A DNA stretch of 64,000 nt from an uncultured Gammaproteobacteria bacterium (GTDB taxonomy: Bacteria; Patescibacteriota; Microgenomatia; Levybacterales; UBA12049), in the NCBI GenBank assembly GCA_964497535.1, contig CAZCCG010000001.1, positions 66,688 through 130,687 on the forward strand, read 5' to 3'. Positions 18,956-27,872 of this stretch are shown piece by piece (positions within the stretch are counted from its first letter, which is position 1; every line of letters starts with the position of its first letter). The notes beneath the pieces were generated by a model, which was not told where the DNA came from, made no database searches, and saw nothing but the letters and a program-made list of their open reading frames with translations. Both the position numbers and the translations under genes were made by a program.

Positions 18956-20665
18956 GTGCCAGAGCTGCAACTCTCATCAGCCAAGATTGTTTCAACCCCT
19001 ACCCCAGCCGCATGGTCACAGATTTATAATGCTGGTAAGTTTTTTGTTGTTGTCACCCTTACTCAGGAAACCGCGCAGGATGATGAGCTCGGGCAACTGG
19101 GGAAAAAGCTCCTCAATGCTATTGAAAGTGAGTATTTTCCGTTGGAAACAAAAACGCTTGCCAATATAAAATTGGCTCTCAAAACTGCACTTGAGCAAGT
19201 CCCTTCCCCTGTTACTGTCAGCTTACAAGCTGCCTCTTTTACTGATGATGTGCTATATGTCTTTGCAAAAGGCCAGGGAAGCATAATACTGTGTCGCCAA
19301 AAAACACTGGGAGTACTGTTAAAAGACCCCGCAGAATTAACTGCAGCATCGGGCAAAGTGCAAGGAGATGATTTATTTATTCTGCAGACACATACCTTTG
19401 GACAGCGTATCTCCCCTCATGCATTGCAAAATGCCGAAACTACCAATCCCTCGGAACTGGTAGAAATATTTAGTCCAAAAATCCACGAACATCAGGAAGC
19501 AACCGCTACGGGACTATTTATCAAAATCCAAGAATCCCCTGTACCTCTTGTGCAAGATTCCGAAGTAATTATGGAATCTGAGGAACCTTTACTTCCCCAA
19601 CCGCTGCCTGAAGAAGAAATCCTGCCTCAATCCTCCCATATCTCTTCCACTCATCGTTTTGCTCGTATGAAATTACCAATTCCCAACCTTACTCTCCCAC
19701 GACTCATTATGCTAAGTGTTGCTATTGCGCTTCTAATTATCCTGGTCATTAGTATCACTGCCACCATCCAAAGCAAAAAAGACCAGCAGAATCATGCGTT
19801 ATTTGAAAGCATTTATCCTCCCGCCCAAAAGAAATATGAAGAAGGGCAGGCACTTATATCTCTCAATAAAAATCTAGCTCGCGAGGATTTCCTGACCGCC
19901 AAAAAAATTCTGGATGAAAAAAAATCCGGGCTGATCCCCGGATCTTCGGAAGAACAACAAGTCACGCAACTTCTGGGCAAAATTAATGCGGTAGCCCAGG
20001 ATGCCTCAGGACAACAGACAGTAGAACCTCAAAAAGCCGCTGCTACCTCCAGCCCGCTTCTTTCTCTCCAGATAAAAACGCCCGGAGGGCTCGTAGCTGG
20101 TGAAGATACTACCCTCTATAGCATTACTTCTTCGGAAATTAAGAGTGAGAGTGGAAAATCGCTGGTAAAAAATAGTGACACATGGAAATCAACAAAAGGC
20201 TTTGGGGTATTCGGAGGAAATTTTTATGTACTTGATCCCAAGGGGAATCAACTGATCAAACTGGTTGCCGCAGGAAGTGACTATGCCAACTCAACCTATT
20301 TTGGATCCGGAATATCCCCGAGTCTTGCGTCTGCCACATCGCTTGGAATTGACGGATCGATCTATATTCTCTTTTCAGATGGATTGATTCAGAAGTTTAC
20401 CAAAGGAAAACCTGATTCTTTTAGCATCAACGGCCTGGATAAACCCTTTTCCAAACCAACACAACTGGTAACCAGCCCCGAAATGGATATTTATATTTTG
20501 GATAAAGGAAACAATCGCGTGGTAGTATTGCAGAAAAATGGGACGTTTAGTTCTCAATATGTCGCTCCGCTTCTAAAAGATGCTGACGCCATTGACGTAC
20601 AGGAGAAGAATAAAGTGATCTATATCCTCAAGGGAAAAGATATCTACCAGATACCTCTGAAGTAA
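18956..20665 (+). CDS. Hypothetical protein with central TM helix and C-terminal beta-propeller/NHL-like repeats; start uncertain.
   Basis: 569-aa ORF. TM segment LIMLSVAIALLIILVISI. C-terminal GNNRVVVL and repeated hydrophobic-beta patterns. Confidence 0.4.
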   Translation: MPELQLSSAKIVSTPTPAAWSQIYNAGKFFVVVTLTQETAQDDELGQLGKKLLNAIESEYFPLETKTLANIKLALKTALEQVPSPVTVSLQAASFTDDVLYVFAKGQGSIILCRQKTLGVLLKDPAELTAASGKVQGDDLFILQTHTFGQRISPHALQNAETTNPSELVEIFSPKIHEHQEATATGLFIKIQESPVPLVQDSEVIMESEEPLLPQPLPEEEILPQSSHISSTHRFARMKLPIPNLTLPRLIMLSVAIALLIILVISITATIQSKKDQQNHALFESIYPPAQKKYEEGQALISLNKNLAREDFLTAKKILDEKKSGLIPGSSEEQQVTQLLGKINAVAQDASGQQTVEPQKAAATSSPLLSLQIKTPGGLVAGEDTTLYSITSSEIKSESGKSLVKNSDTWKSTKGFGVFGGNFYVLDPKGNQLIKLVAAGSDYANSTYFGSGISPSLASATSLGIDGSIYILFSDGLIQKFTKGKPDSFSINGLDKPFSKPTQLVTSPEMDIYILDKGNNRVVVLQKNGTFSSQYVAPLLKDADAIDVQEKNKVIYILKGKDIYQIPLK

Positions 20666-20689
20666 AGAAATTTCTATATCAATTATGGC

Positions 20690-20746
20690 TAGTTTTACTA
20701 AAAAGGGTATTGTTTAGAATCTCGGCCGAGACTTTGACAATACCCT
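20690..20746 (-). terminator. Intrinsic terminator for the minus-strand transcription unit (long perfect hairpin plus U-run).
   Basis: aagggtattgt...acaataccctt encloses the ctcggccgag palindrome; on the minus strand it is followed by ttttt. Confidence 0.5.
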
Positions 20747-20944
20747 TATAAGGTTCCTTTGGTGATCCTCCACTCTAACAAAAAGTGAGTCTTATCACAA
20801 GACAAATTTATCAAGAGCTTTAAATGAATTCAATACCATTCTGTGTCATAACTCAATGTCAAAATATACTCTTACGCTTTTCTTACATGTTTAGCTTCAG
20901 TTTTTCGGTGTGTCAATTGCTGAAGAAAAGTTGGATATCTGAAA

Positions 20945-21259
20945 CTATTTCTCAATTAAATGCTTGTTTCTGAAGCCCCAGCCGGATGTTGTTTTCAGAT
21001 AATCCTCAAACTTCACTGCTAGATTTTTAGTAGTAAAAGCAGCATAAAATACCAATTTGAATGGTCGCAAGTTTTTAGTAGAAGTGACTGTTCCATCTTT
21101 ATGAGCTTGAATACGATTTTTTAAGTTATCGGAAAAACCATGATAGTAGCTCTTATCTTTCAGTTGGAGAATGTAGACATAATACACGAGGTAATTGTAG
21201 CAAAAACAAAAAAGTCCCCCTTCGCTAAAGCTACGGTAGGGACACTCTTCGCAAGCCAA
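20945..21259 (-). CDS. GIY-YIG nuclease family protein (UPF0213/YhbQ-like small standalone). The real start is probably the internal GTG, because the annotated N-terminus overlaps the ncRNA terminator.
   Basis: YYVYILQ...YHGFSDNLKNRIQAHKDG...KLVFYAAFTTKNLAVKFEDYLK matches the GIY-YIG core. Confidence 0.55.
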   Translation of the reverse strand: MACEECPYRSFSEGGLFCFCYNYLVYYVYILQLKDKSYYHGFSDNLKNRIQAHKDGTVTSTKNLRPFKLVFYAAFTTKNLAVKFEDYLKTTSGWGFRNKHLIEK

Positions 21260-21750
21260 TCTGAAACTTAATTCTTGTTAACGAAGTGTGGCTTGCCACT
21301 TCGTAGCCCTGATTTATCAGGGCGAAGAGTGGAGATGTCCGAGAGTGACCCGGAGTGCAAAAAAGTAATTAAAAAACGTGTACAAGCGTAGTCGATTTTT
21401 TAAGTGTCGCTTTGTACGATTCCAATCGACAGGATTTACAAAGCCAAGGTTTTAAATAAGCTCCATAAGGACAAAACCAAAGATCCCTATAAGTTCTCCC
21501 AACTTAGTTTGTGCTCATAAAATCCCGTTGAGAAAAGATTCTATGAACAGGTCTTAGGCTGCCATCGCGTAAGCGAAGGAAGACTGACCCGAAAGAGCTC
21601 CCAGCTCTGCAAGAGTTGCCTCTCGCATCGCAATGAGTCTTTCTCTCATGCTTAATTTAGCATTTATTATTTAATAGTGTTTTACGACTACTTATCAAAG
21701 TCGGCTTGCGTCTTTTCAATGTTCTTTAGTGTCGAATCAATGCATCCCCC
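21201..21750 (-). ncRNA. ssrA: Structured ncRNA immediately downstream of smpB; candidate tmRNA (ssrA) with a non-canonical or unrecognised 3-prime tRNA-like half.
   Basis: 5-prime end GGGGGAUGCAUUGAUUCGACAC resembles the tmRNA 5-prime consensus GGGG..GAUUCGAC. An in-frame tag-like reading frame ends ...SFAYAMAA-stop at plus-strand 21554. Multiple nested hairpins and a terminal GC hairpin plus U-run end at 21201-21243. Canonical GGUUCGAAUCC T-arm and CCA were not found. Confidence 0.3.
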
Positions 21751-21796
21751 TACGCCAAGGCTTCTTTTAAGCTTTTGCGAAGGCGAATATCGATTC

Positions 21797-22243
21797 TTAA
21801 CGTGCGCGGTTTCTTTTGAGTTCCTCCTGGACTTCTCGTTCTATGTCCTTTCTCTTGAGGGACTCTTTCTTTTGAAACTGCTTTTTCCCCTTTCCCAGAG
21901 CCAGTTCTACTTTTATAAGATGATGCTTATTATACAACGAAACAGGCACGATTGTCAAGCCCGCCCCATCCAATTTAGCCTTGATTTTGAGAATTTCCTT
22001 TTTATGCATGAGCAGTTTTCGTGTCCGTTTTTCGTCATATTCATCGGTTCTCATGAATTTATAGGGGAAAATCTTGGCATTGACCAAATATGCCTCACTT
22101 CCGATGAGCCTGGCAAAACTACCGGTCAGGTCTGCGTGGCCTTCCCGTATCGCTTTTACCTCTCCACCATTGAGCTTGATCCCAGCCTCAAACCGGTCAA
22201 GCAGTTGATAATCATAAAATGCCCGCTTGTTCGTAATCTTCAT
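21797..22243 (-). CDS. smpB: SsrA-binding protein SmpB.
   Basis: 148 aa. GEVKAIREG, SFARLIG and LLMHKKEI motifs typical of SmpB. Confidence 0.9.
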   Translation of the reverse strand: MKITNKRAFYDYQLLDRFEAGIKLNGGEVKAIREGHADLTGSFARLIGSEAYLVNAKIFPYKFMRTDEYDEKRTRKLLMHKKEILKIKAKLDGAGLTIVPVSLYNKHHLIKVELALGKGKKQFQKKESLKRKDIEREVQEELKRNRAR

Positions 22244-22326
22244 ATGGTCATAATACTGGAAGTTTGGAAAAAAGTAAATTCAAGGTGTTAAAATTAGCCT
22301 CGTTTTGTGATAGAATGAAAATGCAA

Positions 22327-22398
22327 GCCAGGGTAGCTCAATGGCGGAGCACAGCATTCATAACGCTGAGGTTGTGGGTTCGATCCCCACCCCTGGTA
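22327..22398 (+). tRNA. tRNA with CAT anticodon (Met elongator, or Ile2 if lysidinylated).
   Basis: Cloverleaf folded by hand. Acceptor gccaggg/ccctggt with G1-U72. Anticodon loop ttCATaa. T-loop ttcgatc. CCA not encoded. Confidence 0.75.
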
Positions 22399-22399
22399 C

Positions 22400-23083
22400 T
22401 CAACCCTTAAATAAAGTTACTCCCCATACTTGTTTTGCGCCGTTTCGCTTCAGCACCTTCGCAGCTTCTTTAAGCGTGGAGCCGGTTGTTACCAAATCGT
22501 CTAGCAAAAAAATGATTTTCCCCTGCACGTCCCCTCTCACCCCAAAAGCATTTTTCATATTTTCTACCCGTTGCTTTTTATCCAAAGAGAATTGGGAATG
22601 GGTATTTTTTACCCGTATCAATGATTGTTCCACGGGGAGAGAAAGTTTTTTGGATAATCCTTGCGCCAGAAGCTGGGCATGGTTATATCCCCTTCTTCTC
22701 TGCCGATTGGAATGAAGCGGTATAGGAACCATGAAAACTTTCGGCCGATTTAAGAGCGTAGTAAATAGTTCTTTCTGAATAATCCCTTCATACAGTAAAT
22801 CAACCAGAACAGTATGTAAATCCGACAGATATGGTTTGTATTTAAAATTGTAAAGGAGTTTGTGGGCTACTGTGGAATAGTAAAGACTCGTGAAGACCCC
22901 ATCAATATTATACTTTGATATACATCCCGGATGAGTCAGGCCATCACTACTGGCACGCTCACACACGAGGCATTTGGAGACAAAATCAAAAGAAAGATAA
23001 GAAAAACAATCGGGGCACAGGTACGAACCGAATTTTTTGCAGGAAACACAGAATTTTGGAAAAAGCACATCCAGAATTCCCAC
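22400..23083 (-). CDS. comF: ComF-family protein (competence-associated phosphoribosyltransferase-like, ComFC).
   Basis: N-terminal Cys-rich zinc-finger (CVSCKKFGSYLCPDC...CLVC). C-terminal PRTase motif IFLLDDLVTTGSTL. Confidence 0.75.
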   Translation of the reverse strand: MGILDVLFPKFCVSCKKFGSYLCPDCFSYLSFDFVSKCLVCERASSDGLTHPGCISKYNIDGVFTSLYYSTVAHKLLYNFKYKPYLSDLHTVLVDLLYEGIIQKELFTTLLNRPKVFMVPIPLHSNRQRRRGYNHAQLLAQGLSKKLSLPVEQSLIRVKNTHSQFSLDKKQRVENMKNAFGVRGDVQGKIIFLLDDLVTTGSTLKEAAKVLKRNGAKQVWGVTLFKG

Positions 23084-23135
23084 CCTATGAGTGTAGCAAA
23101 TAAAAGCTATAAGATGATATAATCAAGCCTATCGA

Positions 23136-23222
23136 GGAGGAGTCGCATAGTTGGTCCATTGCGAGGGGTTGCTAACCCCTTGAGCCGCAAGGCTCGCGCA
23201 GGTTCGAATCCTGTCTCCTCCG
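23136..23222 (+). tRNA. tRNA-Ser (GCT anticodon).
   Basis: Acceptor ggaggag/ctcctcc. Anticodon loop ttGCTaa. Long variable arm gagccgcaaggctcgc. T-loop ttcgaat. Confidence 0.8.
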
Positions 23223-23266
23223 CAATAACTATACCCTATACGCTATAAAACTAAACGCTAGTTTAA

Positions 23267-23353
23267 GGAGAGATCGCATAGTGGACGAGTGCAGCGGTCT
23301 TGAAAACCGCCAGGGGTGCAAGCTCCTCGTGGGTTCGAATCCCACTCTCTCCG
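23267..23353 (+). tRNA. tRNA-Ser (TGA anticodon).
   Basis: Acceptor ggagaga/tctctcc. Anticodon loop ctTGAaa. Long variable arm. T-loop ttcgaat. Confidence 0.8.
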
Positions 23354-23393
23354 CAAATTGACTAAAGGAGCTAAATCATTTACAGTTAACTAT

Positions 23394-24107
23394 ATGGCTG
23401 CCCAAGACGATACAACAACACCTCCAGGTGAACAACACTATTTACCCAAAGAACCGCTTGATCTTCCTCGTGAAGAACTTGATTTACCCCGGCCGCCTCT
23501 GGATTTACCCAAAGAACCTGAGGAAATTACAGCTCATGTTACTCTTCCACCCCAACAACCACAAAATCAACATCACACTTCTGATGAGCACCGTTCTTCC
23601 TACTATGAAGTAAAGACTCTTTTGTCCTGGCATGCACCCGGCAGGCCGTTTCAACAACATACCAGACAATATTATATGAGCATACTCTTGATTGTCCTTT
23701 TATTAGAAGTTATTTCTTTTCTTTTCGCTCAATATCCCCTTATGGCACTGATTGCTTCTTTTGGATTTGTCATATTTGCGCTCTCAAGCGTTCCTCCTCA
23801 CAATATCCTGTATCGTATCAGCAACGAAGGCATAACTATTGAAGATTACTCCTATATCTGGGAGGAACTGTATGACTTTTATTTCAAACGCAGAGGTAAT
23901 ATAGACGTCCTGCATCTGCGAACCCGTGCATTTTTGCCGGGGGAAATTACCATAACATTAGGAGAAATTACGAAAGATCATATCAGATCGGTCCTGCTTC
24001 CCTATCTTCCCTATCGGGAGTTTGTAAAGCCTTCACTTCTTGAAAAAGGGGGGGATTGGCTGGTGAAAACATTCCCTCTGGAAAAACCTATTCATCACAA
24101 TAGCTAA
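23394..24107 (+). CDS. Hypothetical membrane protein with N-terminal PxxLDLP repeats.
   Basis: The ORF in the track starts inside the tRNA-Ser; the in-frame Met at 23394 is the more plausible start. Three LDLP repeats and two TM helices. Confidence 0.4.
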   Translation: MAAQDDTTTPPGEQHYLPKEPLDLPREELDLPRPPLDLPKEPEEITAHVTLPPQQPQNQHHTSDEHRSSYYEVKTLLSWHAPGRPFQQHTRQYYMSILLIVLLLEVISFLFAQYPLMALIASFGFVIFALSSVPPHNILYRISNEGITIEDYSYIWEELYDFYFKRRGNIDVLHLRTRAFLPGEITITLGEITKDHIRSVLLPYLPYREFVKPSLLEKGGDWLVKTFPLEKPIHHNS

Positions 24108-24153
24108 TTTGCTTCAGATATAAGAATACGCTAAAATACACTGGTGCTAACGA

Positions 24154-24229
24154 GTCCTCGTAGCTTAATGGATAGAGCATTGGATTGCGGATCCAAAGGT
24201 TGGGCGTTCGAGTCGCCCCGGGGACGCCA
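24154..24229 (+). tRNA. tRNA-Arg (GCG anticodon) with encoded CCA.
   Basis: Acceptor gtcctcg/cggggac. D-stem gctt/gagc. Anticodon stem ttgga/tccaa with loop ttGCGga. T-loop ttcgagt. CCA present. Confidence 0.65.
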
Positions 24230-24249
24230 GTTCCGTTTCACTATAGTCT

Positions 24250-25458
24250 ATGTTCAAGAAATTTTTTCTTGATTTTCTTTACTCTCAATATAATCGGGTT
24301 TTCGCCGGACAGAAAAATTACCACGATAGGATAAAAAAGAATTATAGCCTTCAATATATAAAACTTACCAATACTCTTCTGGCAAAAGACTTGGAGAAAC
24401 AGAGTACTTCCCATGGAGGATTCCTCAGCTTTGCCGATTATCTTACTACCGAACAATATGGAATGCATGGATATCACTCCCACGCATCGCATCATGGAGA
24501 AACAGGCATACACTTCAGATGGCCAAAGGCACTAGCATCACTGCTTGCACAACATGCTATCAAAGACATTATTGAATTTGGGCCGGGAGATGGGAGTCTT
24601 GCAGCCACAACGATGAGAGAAGCACACAAACTACACCTCTTTCCATCATGGACCGGCATTGAAATCAATTCACAACTGCAGGAAAAGATACGGAAAAGAT
24701 TTAAAAAAGAAAAAGTGAAAAATAGTTTCCAAGTTGTACCGTCTTTGAAGCAAGTACCATTCCAAAACCAAAAACTCGTTATTTTCCCTTATAGCCTTGA
24801 TAGTTTAGCACCTGAAATACTCATAAATACCACTGCTTCAATTGCTTTTCCTAATAAATTGATCGGTGTTACTGTTCAAAATAGTATGCTAAAGGAAATT
24901 CCGTTGGACCAACTATCGCAACTGTCTCTTGCAAAGGGGAAAGTATATACGACAGAGGGATTATCTTTTGATTTTAGTTCATGGAAACTATATCCAGGAC
25001 AACGGATATATGCACCTATCCAAGCATTCTCAACACTCTATTCTATTACAAAAAAGGTCCCGAAAGGATCTATTATTGTTATCATCGATGAATTCCGCCC
25101 TCCCCCCCAACCTCAAGAGAGAGATCACTTTGGACTACTTCGGGATCTCCATTTATTCAAGAGGGACGCATTCGACCTGGAGAAAGCATACAAAACTGCT
25201 GGAGATAACCTCTGGTATCATCCTTTTTATTTTGTGGATTATTACTCATTTCTGAACCAATTAGGTTTTAACCAAATTATCTTTGATAAAGAACAAAAGC
25301 TTGCCAGAATTCTGGCGGGTGATTCATGGACTACAAAAAATCGATTCTATCTAACATATGCTCTGATTACCGATTCCAAAAAAAAGGATCCTCCGAAGCA
25401 TTTTACGATCCCCTTTCCCTCACAAGGTGATAATATTCCTAAACCAGACCACCCATGA
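24250..25458 (+). CDS. Putative class I SAM-dependent methyltransferase, MidA/DUF185 (NDUFAF7-like) family.
   Basis: 402 aa. IIEFGPGDGSLA nucleotide-binding motif resembles the ELGPGRGTL block of the MidA family; family call from memory. Confidence 0.45.
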   Translation: MFKKFFLDFLYSQYNRVFAGQKNYHDRIKKNYSLQYIKLTNTLLAKDLEKQSTSHGGFLSFADYLTTEQYGMHGYHSHASHHGETGIHFRWPKALASLLAQHAIKDIIEFGPGDGSLAATTMREAHKLHLFPSWTGIEINSQLQEKIRKRFKKEKVKNSFQVVPSLKQVPFQNQKLVIFPYSLDSLAPEILINTTASIAFPNKLIGVTVQNSMLKEIPLDQLSQLSLAKGKVYTTEGLSFDFSSWKLYPGQRIYAPIQAFSTLYSITKKVPKGSIIVIIDEFRPPPQPQERDHFGLLRDLHLFKRDAFDLEKAYKTAGDNLWYHPFYFVDYYSFLNQLGFNQIIFDKEQKLARILAGDSWTTKNRFYLTYALITDSKKKDPPKHFTIPFPSQGDNIPKPDHP

Positions 25459-25479
25459 TATACTTCCTTGTAGGCTGAT

Positions 25480-25565
25480 GGAGGTGTGTCCGAGTGGTTT
25501 AAGGAGATAGTTTCGAAAACTATTGGGGCGAAAGTCCCTCAGAGGTTCGAATCCTCTCACCTCCG
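25480..25565 (+). tRNA. tRNA-Ser (CGA anticodon).
   Basis: Acceptor ggaggtg/cacctcc. Anticodon loop ttCGAaa. Long variable arm ggggcgaaagtccctc. T-loop ttcgaat. Confidence 0.8.
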
Positions 25566-25639
25566 CAACGTACAAAATCAGAGATTTTTACGTTGAGCCA
25601 TTAACTAAACGCTATACGCTATTAACTATACGCTCATTT

Positions 25640-25713
25640 GTCTTCGTAGTTCAGTTGGATAGAACGTCAGGTTCCGAACCTGAAGGTCGGAGGTTCGAGT
25701 CCTCTCGGAGACG
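25640..25713 (+). tRNA. tRNA-Arg (CCG anticodon).
   Basis: Acceptor gtcttcg/cggagac. Anticodon stem tcagg/cctga with loop ttCCGaa. T-loop ttcgagt. Confidence 0.8.
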
Positions 25714-25727
25714 CTAAGGTTCAACTT

Positions 25728-25760
25728 GCCCTCGTAGCTTTAACGAAGGGGGGTTCTTCT
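25728..25760 (+). terminator. Intrinsic terminator after the tRNA array; member of a recurring hairpin family (also at 21205-21243).
   Basis: gccctcgtagctttaacgaaggggg hairpin followed by gttcttct. Confidence 0.45.
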
Positions 25761-25810
25761 CAGGAGTACTCAAGCTTTGGCAGGCGGGGAGTCCTCTCGG
25801 AGATGCAAAA

Positions 25811-26935
25811 TTAACGCCCTCCGGCGCCCTTCATTTGCACAGCTTGTGCCTGAGTAACCATAATTCCTCCTTCAAGCATTGACAAACCGGCTAATTCTAA
25901 GATGGATTTCCAATCTATTTTCTTCCCTTTATTCAATTGGTCAACTACTGTTTCCATTGCTTTATTGGTTGCTGCTAGTGAGCTTTTAAGCGAATCTATT
26001 TGTTCTTTTAGTTCTTTTATTTGCTGTTGCTCTGGCGTTAAAGGAGCTTCTACTGATGTTTCTCCTTCTTGTGTTTGATCATTTTGCGCTCCCTCTTGCT
26101 GACCGTTGTTATTTACTGCAGGCTCTTGCGCCCCAGCTGCGGCTGTTTCTGCTCCATCTGTTGCTGGCTGTGCATCTGGATCTGTTATTACAGCTTCTCC
26201 TGCAGCGGATTGGGATCCTGCTTCCTGTGCTCGAGCATGATCAACTGCTGCCTGGACATATTCCCGAGTTGCATCATCCATTTGCCAGTTATTGTCTGCA
26301 TGAAGTTTAGCCATTACATCATCTACGTTTGTAGATCCGGAAATATCAATATTTAGATTACGCAATTCATTATATGCGCCTGCTCTTCGTGCAGCTTGTG
26401 CTTGTTCTGCGGCAGGATCAACTGTAGTATCCGGCCGGGCAGCTCCATCAGAAGCTTCTGTACCTGCGGCCGCAGCGGGTCTTACCCCTGATTCTGCTGC
26501 ACCTGTAGTGTTCTGTTCTCCCGGTCTCGGTTCTTCTGTTGAACCAGGAGCAGTCGGTCGTATACCAGGAGGTGTCTCTGTACTTACTCCGGCTTGATCG
26601 GTTCCTTCTGCAGGTCGTGGTGGCTCTGCCGCACCCGATGTTGCTGGCCGCTCAGCACCTGCGGCAGGTGTTCTAACTTCATCTACCATACCTGCTCTGG
26701 TATTGTCTGCGCCTGATGCCTGTGGTCCTTCTACTTTTACTCCTTTAGCACCCCACGCATTGCCTCCTTCTCCTCTAAATAACCCTTTGAAACCCTCTGC
26801 TCCTCGTCCTACTAACCCACGAATCCCACGGGCTGCTGCCTGGTTACGGGCGGAATCAACACCAGGCCTCGCTGCATCTGGTCTGACTGAGGAGCGGGCT
26901 GCTTCTTGCTGTGGTACGGGCGTTTCTGCTGCCAT
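25811..26935 (-). CDS. Hypothetical intrinsically disordered Ala/Pro/Gly/Thr-rich protein with C-terminal coiled-coil.
   Basis: 374-aa ORF of strongly biased low-complexity composition; the C-terminal 60 aa are predicted helical (QQQIKELKEQIDSLKSSL). Confidence 0.45.
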   Translation of the reverse strand: MAAETPVPQQEAARSSVRPDAARPGVDSARNQAAARGIRGLVGRGAEGFKGLFRGEGGNAWGAKGVKVEGPQASGADNTRAGMVDEVRTPAAGAERPATSGAAEPPRPAEGTDQAGVSTETPPGIRPTAPGSTEEPRPGEQNTTGAAESGVRPAAAAGTEASDGAARPDTTVDPAAEQAQAARRAGAYNELRNLNIDISGSTNVDDVMAKLHADNNWQMDDATREYVQAAVDHARAQEAGSQSAAGEAVITDPDAQPATDGAETAAAGAQEPAVNNNGQQEGAQNDQTQEGETSVEAPLTPEQQQIKELKEQIDSLKSSLAATNKAMETVVDQLNKGKKIDWKSILELAGLSMLEGGIMVTQAQAVQMKGAGGR

Positions 26936-26937
26936 AG

Positions 26938-27291
26938 TTATTGAGTCCCTTTCTGCATATCTTTTGCGATTGTTATTGCATGTTCGATATTGCCTTTACT
27001 AATCGCATTGCGCATTTTTATAAGCACTCGTTGTCGTTCGACTTCCTGCGTTTCATCTAGCTTTTCAACATAGACTTCTTGTGCCTCAGGATATATTTTT
27101 GCCAATTCTTTCAGCTTGTCAAGTAAATCCTGATGGTCTACGACCGGCAACATAGCCAGAAAACTCTGTGCCAGTTCTTTCGCTTTATCCGGATCAGTTT
27201 TGTTCTCTTCCAAATGCTTTGCTATTAACTCCAGCAATTCATTTGCCACCGTATCTACTTCTTGTTGGATATCCATATCACAACCAATCAT
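26938..27291 (-). CDS. Hypothetical acidic all-helical protein, translationally coupled to the 25811 gene.
   Basis: 117-aa ORF ending 2 nt before the next start on the same strand. Confidence 0.4.
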   Translation of the reverse strand: MIGCDMDIQQEVDTVANELLELIAKHLEENKTDPDKAKELAQSFLAMLPVVDHQDLLDKLKELAKIYPEAQEVYVEKLDETQEVERQRVLIKMRNAISKGNIEHAITIAKDMQKGTQ

Positions 27292-27383
27292 TACATACTA
27301 TAACCTTTTCTGTCAATAAATGCGCCAGAATAGACCATTACAAAACTTGTATCGACAATCCCTCTAAAGTACAATGAACATAT

Positions 27384-27848
27384 ATGAAATTTGAATTTTC
27401 AGCCGGGGGCATCGTGTATAAACGCCAAACTATGCAGAACCATACGCAAAACAACGCGGAAGATATTTTGATATTGGTTGCTCAGCATTCCGGGCATCAT
27501 GGATGGGTTTTTCCCAAAGGCCATATTGGAGATACTATACAAGGAGAGAAGAAAGAAGAGACAGCGGTGCGGGAAGTTGAAGAAGAAACTGGTGTTTTGG
27601 CAAAAATTGTTGAACCTCTTCCCCCGGTTACTTATTGGTACGTACTGAAGAAAGAAAAAATTAAAAAAACAGTATATTATTTCCTCATGAAATATCTCTC
27701 CGTGGATTCGAGCAAAAAAGATGAGGAAATGGAGCAGGTTGAATGGCTGCCAATTGACGAGGTAGAAAATCGATTAACATATCCCTCAGATAAGGACGTG
27801 TGGCAGGAAGCAAAGAAACATCTTGAGAGCATAACGAAAAGCGTTTAG
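27384..27848 (+). CDS. NUDIX hydrolase.
   Basis: Nudix box GEKKEETAVREVEEETGV; 154 aa. Confidence 0.8.
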   Translation: MKFEFSAGGIVYKRQTMQNHTQNNAEDILILVAQHSGHHGWVFPKGHIGDTIQGEKKEETAVREVEEETGVLAKIVEPLPPVTYWYVLKKEKIKKTVYYFLMKYLSVDSSKKDEEMEQVEWLPIDEVENRLTYPSDKDVWQEAKKHLESITKSV

Positions 27849-27872
27849 TTAGTAGCGTATAGGGTATAGTTG

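Noticed and set aside
21201-21750. RNase P RNA or SRP RNA identity for the structured ncRNA.
   Set aside because: Could not find the P4 GGAAAGUCCGG / ACAGAA blocks, or the SRP domain IV GGUGCUGUUU...AGCAGCCA motif.
20666-21800. Group I intron carrying a GIY-YIG homing endonuclease inside a tRNA or rRNA.
   Set aside because: The GIY-YIG ORF matches the short standalone UPF0213/YhbQ type. No split tRNA or rRNA exon halves were found flanking it. The structured RNA fits a tmRNA-like transcript better.
22341-22715. 124-aa ORF on the plus strand.
   Set aside because: Its N-terminus is the tRNA(CAT) gene and the rest is antisense to comF, so it is spurious.
23316-23393. N-terminal 26 codons of the supplied 263-aa ORF.
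   Set aside because: They overlap the tRNA-Ser(TGA) gene; the start was moved to Met at 23394.
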